A stretch of DNA of 64,000 nucleotides from Lytechinus pictus (lineage: Eukaryota): positions 53,506,001 through 53,570,000 of the forward strand of contig NC_087247.1 in assembly GCF_037042905.1 (NCBI RefSeq), given 5' to 3'. A model generated the notes under the pieces. It worked only from the letters and a program-made list of their open reading frames with translations, was not told where the DNA came from and did no database searches. How positions within the stretch are numbered: position 1 is the stretch's first letter; each line of letters begins with the position of its first letter. Of this stretch, positions 31,401 through 44,900 are shown one piece after another. A program made the translations under genes and the position numbers.

Positions 31401-33182
31401 TCAATGTGCCAGCACTTCTTTGTAGAGCAAAGCATATTCTTTCCTCCTTAATTGGTTTCAAGGCAATAAAAGTGGCAGAACTTTATATCAGAGATGTCTT
31501 TTTACCTCAATGGGGGCTCCAAAATGGTGACTTTTCAACAAATAGCCCAAAACCGAAAATTAGTGGGGTAACTTCTACAGCCGCTTGAAGGAGATACGCT
31601 TTGATTTGCCAACACTTCTTTATATGTAGCTGATAGAGCAAAGCCTACTCTTTCCTCTCCAAGTCATTGCTAGAAAAGAAATTTGCTGTACTATATAGTA
31701 GAAACGCCCTTTGCCTCAATGGGTGATGCAAATTGTGACTGTCCAATAGATAGTCAATTACCGAAAATTGGTGGGGTAAATTCTACAGCCCCCTGAACAT
31801 TCTGAAGGGGATAGGCTTTGATTTGCCAACACTTCTTGATATGTAGCTGATAGAGCAAAGCCTAATCTTTCCTCTCCAAGTCATTGCAAGAAAATAAAAT
31901 TGGCTGTACTATATAGTAGGAACGCGCTTTTGCCTGAATGGGTGATCCAAAATGGTGAAATATCCAATAAATCGGCAATATACATGATATAGAGGGGGAG
32001 GGGGTGACTTAGACAGCCCATGAGAGGGCTAGGGTTCAATGTGCCAGTGCTTATTTATATGTAGCTGGTAGAACAAACTCTACTCTTTCCTCTCTAAGTG
32101 GTTTCAAATCAATAAAATGGGGTGTACAACAAAGCACAAACGATTTTTGGCCTCAATGTTGGGTCCAAAATTGTGAATTTTCAAATAAATTGGCAATATT
32201 AAGCAACCCCCCCCCCCCCGAGAGGGGTAGGCTTCGATGTGCCACTTTGTATGTAGCTGGTAGAACAAAGCCTATATACTCTTTCCTCTCCAAGTGGTTT
32301 CAAAGCAATCAAAGTGACTGTACTGTATAGCAGAAATGCCTGTTTTTGCTTCAATGGGTGCTCCAAAAAAACAGAGATTTTTCCAACAAATAGGCAATAT
32401 ACAACAACATGATATAGCCAAGGGCAAGGGGGGGGGGGGGGGTGACTTCGACACCCCCACCCCATGAGAGGGTCAGGCCTTGATGTGCCAACATTTTGTT
32501 TTATGTAGCTGATAGAGAAAAGCCTACTCTTAACTCTCCAAGTGGTTAAAAAGCGGAGATAATTGCATTTAAATTTTATTAAACTATACATTATACATAT
32601 TATACATGTACAGTACATGTTATACGTATTAGTCTATGGAAATGCATACAAAAAGCGACATTTCTGAAATTGAAGTATTCAAGTTTGATACCTTATAAAT
32701 TTGCTAAGAAGAATGATACAGAGTTGGAATTTCATCCACATGATAATAGTATGTCAATAAAGTTTTCTGGAACATTTCAAGGTAATTCATTCATTTTTCT
32801 CAGAATTATGTAAAATCATGTATTTGCTAAATTTTCAATTTTTGGGAAAAAATGACAAAAAATGCAGTTTTCTACTTAAAATCTCAGCCAAATGACCTAC
32901 TTATCCTCTATAAATAGTACCAAATTGTAGAAAATTTATTTGTCTTTCATATGACACTAATTTTGTGGCAATGGAATATTTATGTCAAAATCTATGTACG
33001 AAAATTCAAATGTTCTGAAAATTTGGCGGCCATTTTGAAAAAAGCGCCCTCACGGGTTAATTTTCAGGATACAGCCTGGTTACCTCATATATTCATATTC
33101 AGCGTAAAAAACTGGTCTAGAAGCACTATATGAAAATTTCTCCTTTTTCTTGTGGCACCTTGCTCAATTATAACCCGGACTA
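28482..33182. mobile_element. 4.7-kb foldback non-autonomous DNA transposon with Academ-type ends
   Basis: TAGTCCGGGTTATAATTGAGC... / ...GCTCAATTATAACCCGGACTA; 3-bp TSD CAT (28479-28481, 33183-33185); about 0.6 kb near-identical outer TIR, then 200-240-bp tandem units in opposite orientation. Confidence 0.88.
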
Positions 33183-33363
33183 CATGACAAATTTCATGCA
33201 ACGCTCCGAAACATATAACTTATCCCGATGCAGCACATAGGTATCATTTTATAATTCGAGTACCCCCCCACATGCGTGTAGATGAGGATGATGTTGTTGA
33301 TCTAGGGGTCAAAAGGTCGAATGATATGAGGTCATCATAAGATGCAGCTTTGAATTTTATTGA

Positions 33364-33612
33364 AGGCTTGGTCCCACTGCACCTACTGATGCAGAGAGGA
33401 TGTTAAACGAAAAAAATCTTGCCATCCGTCGTGTACTCGTTGCATACATGTTTCATACGCTTTATATCCATCGAGCATCCGTCCACTGTGATTTCATTGT
33501 TCGTCCACTTTGTCCATTGTCTGGAGTAAATGGAGCCATCCCCAAAATTTTGCTTGTCTGCTGTATCCGTTATGAATACGCTTTGTGGCTGTTGGCCAGT
33601 GGGACCAGGCCT
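33364..33612. mobile_element. Harbinger-type MITE
   Basis: AGGCTTGGTCCCACTG / CAGTGGGACCAGGCCT ends, TGA/TAA flanks. Confidence 0.65.
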
Positions 33613-36600
33613 TAAGGTACCTTACAAAGGAGTGTAAGTGATCAAAACGATATCAACTATGCAGAAATATGTATATTCATATTTAGAGGACATGATTTGA
33701 AAGGGCATATGGATTTTCAATGACAGTGCTGTTGCTTTCTATGCTTATACAGCCTATTTCTTGTAGGCTCATGATGAAAAATCTTGGTACATTTGCCCCA
33801 GCCCCCCCAAAAAAACAAATGAGTTTTTAGAGCATATCATATGTCATTTCCAGTACAATTGCATCATAGTTTCCTTCTGCAAAATAATGGGGAAGTTTGT
33901 TTGGAGTCGAGAGATAACACTTTATCACCAGCAAATTCGGGACAAATACAAGATTCATTTATTGACTTTCAGAGGCATGATAATGATAGTATGTAATAAA
34001 TGTATAAAAAACAACCAAGAAAAATGAAGCAAACTTCAAGAATTTGACTATTTCTGAATTAAATACATGTATGTCATTTCAACATTTACATAACTTATGT
34101 GTACATAGGTTTTATAACAGCTTTATGTGGCATAATTCCACTTAAATATAATGCCTATTACTTTGCTTAAGTAAATCAGAAGTGTGCAACAATCTTTTCT
34201 TAAAGCACGATATCAGAAAGCAATTCAAAATATTCAATTCATGTGTTACATAATACATGCACCACCATAATCATAACGATGAGGCCTGTGGGTTGGCCAA
34301 ATATTTTAGGCTAAGGGCACAGATATCTGAATGGTGAGTCTCAAGCGCAGGAATAATAGTGATAATAGTAAACCTAAGTGTTAAGCACTTACAAAGAGTG
34401 ACACAAGTATTATGAAATGCACAGATTGTTTGTAAAAACAACTTTATTTCAATTACATAAATAATAGCGGATAGTTAGGCCTTTTCTACTAAAAAGTTAC
34501 GACATCTGTAGGAAAGAATACCTATTTACAGTTAAATATGCTTTCCATGAAGTTTGCCCATATTCTTTAAAGAGAAAATGCCATTAATGATTTAAGTATT
34601 GTTAAATTGAATGGATATTTATAGACTAAGATTCACAACTACTGATGTAAAATCACTACATTGACCCAATACTTGAAAGCTTTGATGATCTAAGAGAAAA
34701 AAAACAACTCTGTTGGTACAGCTAGGAAGCTTAAATGCCAATGATGTGCATCTGTTTTTCAACTTTTCAAGCAATACAGAATAAATGTGACCCAAACAAT
34801 TATACAAAAGTATTTTAATATTTCAGATATTCCTGCAAAATTTCTCAGAAACATGTACTTGCAATCCACCTTTTATGAATACCACTTGCACACCATGGAA
34901 AGAGGTGGTCAATCAAATATATTTCTACTTGAATAGTTGCTGCTGCAAAATGTTTTAAAACAATTTCATTAACATTCAGTGACATCAATTTCTTGAGAAA
35001 TTAAAACTTCGTGAAATACACCTGTATATCCATACAGACATGACAGTGTCCACTTTCATTTGTTTTATTAATTTAATCAAATGTGAATTCTAGACCTTGT
35101 CTACCTTATGGAGATTGATTGATTCCATTAAATCTCAACTATGGAATTTCACTAATGCAATTCAGCTTCTTGAAGGTGTACACATTGGCTTAAAAAAAAT
35201 AAAGACCCCCCCCCCCCAGAGAAAATGATGAAAACACAAGTATGTCATCTCTTAAAGATCATTTTGCTATTAGATTTATAGCCAAACCTGGAGAGCTGCA
35301 ATGAGTAATCATTTTTGAGAGAAAATTTTGAAATGAAGGCAACTTGTTTATTCTGGTGAAATAAAAATTATCACTGATACTGTATAACAAGTAAACAAGG
35401 GCATATTAAATATTTGAAAAATTCCTGTCTAATAACAGTGTCTTGCATCTTCTGCCATTTCTGAGTAATTGCTCATTTCTATCAGAATCATTTGGCACAT
35501 GTTTACTAACACATTCTGGTAAATTTCTTGAATTAGTCAGTTCTGTGAATACCTCAAATGGAATTTATCTTTAAAATATAAAAAATTCATGCAGACTAAT
35601 CGAGCTCACTGAAATGACGCAAAGAGCAAGAAAAATAAGTATCAAAATGCACATGTATTCTTTTAGAAAGGCAAGTCTTGGGGTGTTTTTTTTTCAATTT
35701 ACAGAATTTCTCAATTTTCTTTCAAAATGCAAGGTCTCTTTGTGAACTTGATGTGTATTGAGCCTAACAAAATGTACCTCGATAAAACAATCCTGATAAT
35801 TTTGTTGTAATTGTACAAAGATTTGCCCCCAAAACCTGCCATTTTGGCATCAAAAGTAAACTGACACTTTGAAACTTCCACAATTCCTTTTTAATTTGAT
35901 TTCGATAATCGATATTGCTCCTCTTCCCCTTCACCAAAAATTGATTTAATGTACCTTTTTTGATTTTTTTAAATGTTAATGGCATTACATAGTTGAGATT
36001 ATAAATCAAACCAACTCCTTTTAAAGGCAGGGAGGATGGTGAAATCTACAAATGCATCTGAATAACTGTGCATTGTTGTAGTGCAAAAAAACTTGTAAAA
36101 GCATGAAAGAAATACTTTTGTTGTATTGAATTCCTTGTTGCCAAAAGTGGAAGATACTTATCAGTTCTTGGTCCAAAGGAAATATATTGCAAGAAATATA
36201 AATAAAATGATACACAACATACTCCTTTCCACTGATATTTTCTTATCAATGCAGATCCGAAGTAATTAAATACATATCATACTCAATTTCATCATTAAAT
36301 AACACCTCTCAGAATATATGTAGCATTAACATTGAATTTATGAAATGGAGAAATGTGTTATTACTATAAGCAATACATAAGAGGATAGGGTATTTGACAA
36401 TCTCAGAAAAAATGCAATTGATTTAAAACCAATTTTCAACTAATTCTAATATTTCTACTTTCATGAAAGTATACCGAGAGGTGAAATGGATATATTTCAA
36501 ATTGACTATGTGATAACACTGCTGATGCACAATATTTCATAGGTTTTCTTGATAAATTAGCATCATACTCTTGATGCCATCTTAATAAAATTATAGACTG

Positions 36601-37339
36601 ATAATAAGAATGATTGGTAATGTGATGTAAAGATCTTGTATCATAGATTACAGGGAAATCACTTGTTTTATTCAAAGGCCACGCCCACCCTAACCAAAGT
36701 TTTTTTAATGATATAGAGTGAAATCAAACGATCATAGTTGGTGCTATAATTTCAATCTAAAATGGATATAAAAATGAAATCACTGTTTTTCCTATTTGCC
36801 AATCATGGGCAGTATTAAACTGATGGCATCTCTATTTCTCTTGTATACATGTGTATCTTAATTTACTGCCAATAATGTAAAACTCTGTTTCATCTCTAAA
36901 GAATTGAAAATCATTGTAATAAATTCATTACTGTGATGTGATGAGCATCCTCTGTATTATCAAACCAGTAAACATTTATAATTTTTGAGATGTCATATAA
37001 TAGAATAAAAGTAAATTCAGAGTATGTGATATCATTGTTTCCCAAGATGTTTATAACAGTTTTGTGAAAATGAATAAAACTTTAAAATGCCCTAACTGTC
37101 TTATTGTACAGTGACTTCAATCAATAATTGTTCAGTGTTGGGCTTGTTTTTCACTATTTATTCAGATCAACATTGACCTATAAAGTGATGCCCTCACCAA
37201 ATCATTTTTTTTATCTTGAAGAAGAAAAAAGGTAACAACCCAGAAGCCACTTACACAGTATTAAAGGGAAGACCTTTCTAATAAATAGTGATATGGTGGC
37301 CAAGTTTTTATTCTTTACTTTGCAGAACACTTATAGTAT

Positions 37340-37640
37340 TAAACAATGCTAATTCCACATGTTCAGGGAGGAATCAATAATTGTTTCACTTGACAATGAG
37401 AAAAATAGAATATTTCATATAGTGAAATACAATAGATATAGTGAGTGAGTGATGTCATCATCCTCCTCATTTGCATACCGAACAGGATGTACATATAACT
37501 GTTTGTAAAGTTAAGCGAAATTTTAAAATGTCATAACTTTCTTATTTTACATCCGATGTTGATGAAATTTTCAGTGTTACACTTGATGGATTTTCCTCTT
37601 TTTATTAAAATCAACTTTTGGTTGGGGTGGACTTGTCCTT
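37340..37640. mobile_element. Truncated Kolobok MITE, same family as 2405-2976
   Basis: Reverse complement of about 2405-2705; ends GGGGTGGACTTGTCCT. Confidence 0.7.
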
Positions 37641-40600
37641 TGAATAAATAAAGGTTAGGACTATATGCGACTATTTAGAAAAATACATGGTTAGAAAGAC
37701 CAAGACAATTGCTTGACATTGGTATCTTTATTTTTACACAAAAACAATAATCAGAGAAGACATCGCAAAAGAGCTGCATGCTTGTAATTTTAGTTTGAGC
37801 GGTTTAGATTTTCCCTGTCCAAAAACGTCTTAGGGGAAAAAACCAACCCTGACCACGATTTCAATGCATGTGATCAAGCAAAACGTCTCGCTCTTTCACG
37901 TGCAAAGTCGATGCAGTGCAGATACAACGGTTTGGCTGACTGCGCATTTGCATATTAAGTGCCCACAACTGTTGTTTGCTTTGCTACAGTACCTGTTAAC
38001 AATGGGATTTGTGTATTTTATCAAAAGTTAGTATGGCATTGCAGAGAAAATCCCTACATATCTCAGAAACTAAAATAAATTGCTGCCTAGAAATTTAATG
38101 TATAGGACTTGCACTTTTATTTTCTGCAAAAATCTCAAAATCAAGTTTTTGACCAAAATTGACTGATACGATATGCAAGTATAATTTAAGTGAACATTAA
38201 CAATTTTTTTTTAATTGATAACTGAGTGTTAATCATATGGATTTGAAGAAAAAAAAGAGGAATATTCTGAAATAATGTAAAAAAACCTAAAATCATATGA
38301 AATAAAAGGATTAATTAGCACTATAAGCACATTGATCCAAAGACAGCTCATTGGTCTTCTTTATCAATACTTTAAACAATATAATCTGATAAATTTTATC
38401 ATAACAAAAAAAAAGATAAAAGGTTATCACCTGTACCGAGTCAACAGAGCACCTGTTGTAATAAACACAACTAGTATACAAATATAACAAGGATACAGAA
38501 ATTTCTTCATATTGACATAATGTGGAAGAAAACTTCAAGAATTGGTCGTTAGTGGCAACAGAATTTGAAAATTGCCAAAGGCAAATTTGTTGGTCTCAAA
38601 TCAATGCAATAATTCTAATATAAAATCCTTTTTAAGTAAATATAAAGACAAGATAAGAATAAATATGACTTTGACTCCTTGAATAATTACAATTTTCTAT
38701 TCTAAATAAGATTTGGTAAACCCTTATTTTTGATGTATCAAGAACTCTATATGTATACAACAAAACAAATCAATTGTATTCTGGACATTTCTATCCAATG
38801 TGAATAAAAAAAAAAAGTTTTTAGCTTACCCAAAGCAAACAAGTAAACAGGGCAGGTATTCTGTGAATAATATATTGATTATCAATCTTGAAATTAGAAT
38901 AGCAATTCTAAATAGATGGTGTGCAAATGCTGGCATCATATTAATTTGCACATTGCATGCTGTTCCATAAGATATATTTTTTTCATTTCTATGTGAAAAT
39001 TACAGATACAACAATCAAAATCAGAATAGAATTTCCCGAATATTAGCCTTGGCTTCTGAGTGGCATTTTTTCAGACAAACATTGCAGGCAATTTCTTATA
39101 ATATGATATTCTTACCTTGGTTATTGACATTCTGCTTCCTAGTAAAGTGGTTATTAATAAATGATTTTTATATTTCAACAGTTACTTATTGAATGATTAG
39201 GTTTGACCTCAATGTCAGCAGTGCACATAAAATATGTGCCAAGTTTAGTAGTTAAAATTCAGCCAACTTTTTTTCAACATTTATAACCCTCCCAAATGTT
39301 TTTTTTTTTTTTCATTTGTAGGTTTTACCTGAACTTCAATTTGAAACACTTATTTGCATGGATGATCTTCATTCCAAAGGAATATAATCTTTTAAAACTA
39401 TTTTTGCCAGACACAAGACTTGATACCGCATACAATAGTACCCTGTGATTGTATGAACCAAAATAGACCTGACATAGCAACAAATTCAACTAGACAAACA
39501 CCACACACTAACACATGAGGCACATTGACTTTCACATTGTCATCTCAGATGAGAGCCAATAAAACACTTGAGGCAGGAAAGACATTTAGTCGCCAACAAT
39601 CTTTTTACTGGTAACTTGAATGATCAGCAAACAGTTCAGTTTACACAGGCAGTCATTGAGCACTTCTTACATGAAATTTATCAACATAAACCACTGACAA
39701 AGGTGGGTTGAATATACAATGTTTGCGATTTGTAAATTTGAATGAAAATTGCAATCATATTGCAAATATTACATTTACATTGACAAATATTTTATACTTT
39801 GAAAATTGAAATAAAATATTCTGAATATTAATGTAAACATCTGATTATTTGCTTTGAGAAAAGCTGTTTCTATAGAGATATGTGAAATCTTATTCAAAGC
39901 AAAAGAGAGATGCTATTAACTGCACACACTTGCTATTTCCTTGTGGAACATGTTAAATTCATTATAAAAGCACTAAAATGAATAAAGTGACAATGCAAAA
40001 GTTAAATATTAAGATTGCTATTCTGGTTATTTTTGCAGTGTTATATATTTCCACCAATCTATTTATGTATTCATTTTCCAAGATATTGCAAGACTACCAC
40101 ATGTAGCTCTAGTCTTAGAGGAAAAAAATAATGATTTAAATTGAAAAGAAATAATGTAAGAACTATAGAAAAGGAAATGAAAAAAGCATGGAGAGGGGAT
40201 GTAAGAAAGAATCTGTGAAAGAGAAAGGGGGAGATAAAGAAGTAAAGAGAATAAGGGGAAGGATATAAATAAACTTTTTAAATTGTCAAAAATATAATTC
40301 ATGACATCTTGGCTTCCAGACATGGCTTATATTTTGTTTTGTTTTAAATTAACCCACCTCACCCACATTGCACGGCCATCAGGTGACTTCAAGTACGGTG
40401 TTTGTTCTTGGTGTTAAGAGCATGAAAAGGCTGCTGACAAGCTCAAATACAGAGCAGGATTAAGAAGAATGATACAGATCATGTTATTGATAGCTGATGA
40501 CATCATGCTTCTGCGGTACTTGTGCTCCTGATCATCTCAACTTTGCACGAGAAATCTTGATGACGAAAGTGAAATCTGGGAGATTTTGCAGTAAAATCTC

Positions 40601-41872
40601 CTCATAGAGAAGGCAAAGTCTAAAGTCACTTCACTTCAAGAATTTCATAGAATAAATATTATTTCTCATTAAAACAAAGCTTTACTGATTTGCACTCATT
40701 TTCTGTAAAAGTTGCCTGTTGGTGAGCTTCAGATCACCAACTGAGTCAATAAAACACCAGCATCATTTCATGTACGGTGAGGTGGCTGGTGTTGTCACAT
40801 CACCAACATTGCCGTATTTCAAATCATCCATTGTATTGTTAGCAAGCTAATTGGAAAAATCCATTCACAATTTTTATAATGCCTGCTTGGTCTTATCTCA
40901 AATATCTAATCCAATTTAAACTTCTACCAGATTGTCTAAAAGACTAAATGGTCATGAATTCAAACATAGGAAATTTAGATAAAGTGCCGAAAAGACTTTA
41001 AATGAATATTAGTACACCAGGGATCAATGGACTATTAATTGGCATTAGACCAAAGTAACTGAAGATCTAATGGCCCAATTTCACATGTGGTTTTGAATTC
41101 ATAATCTAAAACATACTTTGTCATGCATTAATTACACACATTGCAGCGTGTATTAAAAAAAGCCAACAAAAGTGTGCGTTTGTTAAAACATGCTTAATTT
41201 ACGCTTGTTCCTAAGGTTACAGCATTAATAAGCCCACTGTTGATGTTAATCAACTTATGTGAATAGTTGGCTCGATAACGCACAACCTTAATAATAAACA
41301 AGACAAAAAGCACATTCATAATTGGATAGCCATATGCCGAGTAATCAATGCATGAAATCTGCATAAAATGGTTTCAGACCATGGATTCAAAGTCACATTT
41401 ATGAATTGGCTTCAAAGGGTTTAGTTACATAGACAATTAGACAAAGTGGTAGTAAGCCAGATGACATCCTTCAAACCTTGTGATAGCACAAAGTACAGAG
41501 TGTTTCTCAAGTGTCTTGTTAGTGAAAATTCACTAATATCCTTTCGGTTCAATCAGATGTAATGATTTCAGTAGCCTATAACGGTCCTAAGTAAAAATCA
41601 CTGATGAATTACTTCATAAAATGCTCTCCTTGTATCCGACAGCACTTGTAGATCAAGCTTTACATTCAATAAGGTCAGGTTATCCAAAGCTATCCCCTTA
41701 CCATCTTTTAAGACTCCCGGACAGACTTATCACAACTCCGACTTTTACATTGTCTGAAGATGTCGCTTGTTGACTCAAAAAGCTATCAGCCATGAAAACA
41801 AATATTCTGCAGTATGAATGGTGGATGGTGCTCAACAGTATCTAAATGAATTCAGTCTTTAGATGGACTGGC

Positions 41873-41992
41873 TCATGCTAGAACAATCCCTATGCTTCCT
41901 AGAACATGTTTTTCTGCGTCGTTAACATGGGCAGCAAAGTCTCGATGACACTCATGCTTGGAGAACTCTACCAAGAAGTCTGTTAAGAATGT
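41873..41992 (-). CDS. IPO9: IPO9 last coding exon
   Basis: [39 protein letters not shown]. Confidence 0.9.
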   Translation of the reverse strand, partial: TFLTDFLVEFSKHECHRDFAAHVNDAEKHVLGSIGIVLA

Positions 41993-44900
41993 CTGGAAGG
42001 GAAAAATCAAGGATAAAGATAATCCATTATTGCAATACAAATTAAGAGTTGATCAGATTGAGAAGAAATAAGAACAAAGGACTAGCTTTTTAATTCAGGT
42101 TGACATTGGTATGTGATTAAAGGTTATCACATGCAACAAGGAACTAAAATACAGGGTTTTTTTTAAATTGAAAATGATGGCCACTATTTTCTGTTTATTA
42201 TCACTCGGAAAGTTTTTAACTGCAACATAGCATATATACCCCATTTGCATCAATATACTTTCTGCTATCCACATGATGATATTCAAATCTTTCAGATCTT
42301 ACCTGTAAATCTACTTGATTAAGAGGATCTTGTAATGCATCAGGATCATCCTCATCATCTGGATCATCATCATCAAAACAATCATAACCTAACAAAGAGA
42401 AGGATAAATCATAGAATTTTCAGAGCATTAATCTATGGCCCTATTGCATAAAAGTTTGTGTTTAAATGTAACCTGGTGAAACTCAAAGACAACTTGATTT
42501 TCAGCCAAACAGAAGCACACATAAAGGACTTGAGCAGACTTTTTAATTTTTTTTTCAAATGCCAAATTTATGCAAAAGTCTCAAGAAAGGACTGCCCAAT
42601 TACTTTTGAAAACGAGGTTACCTGTTATCCTATAACTTATTTAAAGTTGGCAAAGATATTCTTGAAAATTCTCTTTGTAAAAGAGGAACAGATTGTGTTA
42701 AGCATACAAGCAATAAGATCAAAGTTGCAGGTAATATACAGTATAATGAATGGCTCTTCTATAGAGTGCATATTGAAAATGTTAATCCAGATAAAGAAAG
42801 TTTGAAGTTAAATCCTTGGCATATTAAGCAATCAATGTTAGTGAGAGTTACCTGGGTAGGCATCAGCAAACTCTGAAAGCTGTCCAGCTAGACCATGTTC
42901 ATTGATCATCACATCATCATCCTCTTCATCATCTTCTTCATCTTCCCAACCATCATCCTTGTCAAAAAGAGAAAGTAATTTGATGCTTTATTACAATCAA
43001 TGATTACATCCTAACATCTGAACTAAGTTTTAATTTCAAGGAGCTAAGAATTCCTCAACATCTGGCATGAACCAAAGATAATGATTGCATCTGGCATGAA
43101 CCAAAGATAATGATTGCACCTATACACAGATTGGCAACATTACTCTGCCCTCAAATCACATGACTTGATGAAATGTCCAGGATAAGACATGAACCATTCT
43201 TCTTTGGATCAATACAAAGTTCTTCCATGAGAGTGTATAATTAACATTTGTTGTCTGATGAGTTTTTAGATCTTGACTAATTCCTAGATTTTGATTGGCT
43301 GAGTAACCCAGGTGTCTGATTGTTACTATAGTAACTGTCATTTAAAACAGACATTGTCAGATAAAATATATCACATGTCCTTGCACAACATGGTTCCCAG
43401 ATGTCAAAATTAGTTTTTAAGCATAAAAACTTATATATTCAATTTAATATCAAGTTTAATTTACTGATAAATTAAAATAAATAAAGTAATTTATTTGCAA
43501 GATAAGTCTTATCTCTAAAGCTACATGTGATGTTACTGAAGAATGACATTTGAATGGTTGGGAGTAGAACTGTCAAAAAGACTAAATATTTGAAGATTTT
43601 ATAAAACAGAGCCCAGAAAATGTCAATTTCAAGACAATCTCATATAACAAGGGAAAAATCGTAGAAAAGTATCTGTGTTGGTCATATGATAACCAAAGTA
43701 CTAATAGTATCAGTTGACTGCTTACATTTCAGCTGGTGATAAAGCTTACAATGACATATATAAACATCTGTGCTTAAAACTGTTTACCAAGCAATTACTA
43801 GCCAAATTCTTCATCTTTATTTGCAAATCTAAGAAAATTTAATGTGGAACAGTCTCACAACCAATTATCATGTAAAACTTATTAAGTATATTGAAATACG
43901 ATAGAAAAATAAATTACCTCTAGATCCTCTCCTCCTGCCGATGCTTGTCTGGATGTTGTTGTTTCCATGGCATTAGATAACTCATTGATCAACAGCTTGT
44001 AGATTTTGACATGGATTGGTATAGAAGTCCACTGCTCAGGCACTAAAAGCAATTACCAATCAAATGTGTGATCTATATCTTAAACCTCTGGCAATATATT
44101 ATTGATATAATTTACAATATGTATTTTGTTGGTATATTGGTATTTCACAAAAGGTGCCATTTTAATCATTGAACAATTAAAAATACATCTTGGTTGACAG
44201 TGAATGGTTTCTCTTAGCATTGATTAAATTAACATTACTTGACTAAGACTGCACTTATACCAAGTGCCCAACTGCCAGTTGTCAACTCGTTCATCAAGTA
44301 ACAAAACTGTTCTAAATGCTGCTTTGATGATTTGCTCAAGATTGTGAAATCATATGAATAAACAAGATGAAACATAGAATTCCATAAAAGAATGGACTAA
44401 AATACCTGATAAGTCTGAAGAATACCTGGATTATTATTATTGAATTCATAAAGCTTTGGTAAATCAGATGAGGAAATTCTGGCATTCTCATCCAATAGAA
44501 AAAAAAAAACTTTGAAATAAACTACCTTCAAATTATGTTGAATGTCAACAGAATATTACACTTATATCTCATATCTTTTTTCAAATTATATTTTATCCTC
44601 TTTTTACGTCTAATAATTCCCTCTTAGATGTTTGTTTGTTGCCCATTCTTTTCTTTAAGCAACATTACAGGAACTGTGCCTTACTATGCCTTATACTAGT
44701 AGCTACTTCTTTTACAAAAAAGAAGAAATGATTGCTTACTCTGAGCAGCTTTTGATCTAGTCCTGATACCCTCGCCAGGTGTGAAGACTTGATCACCTCG
44801 AACCATGATACCATGTAGTCTTGAATCATTAGTATTAATTGCATGGTCTAAGAGCTTAGCTAATGCCATTATACTGAAAGAAAAGACAATTATCATTTTA

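Noticed and set aside
28531-33133. Identical 60-aa ORFs at 28531-28713 (-) and 32951-33133 (+), and the similar short ORFs at 29-32 kb
   Set aside because: By-products of the foldback TIRs and satellite units; no domain or splice support
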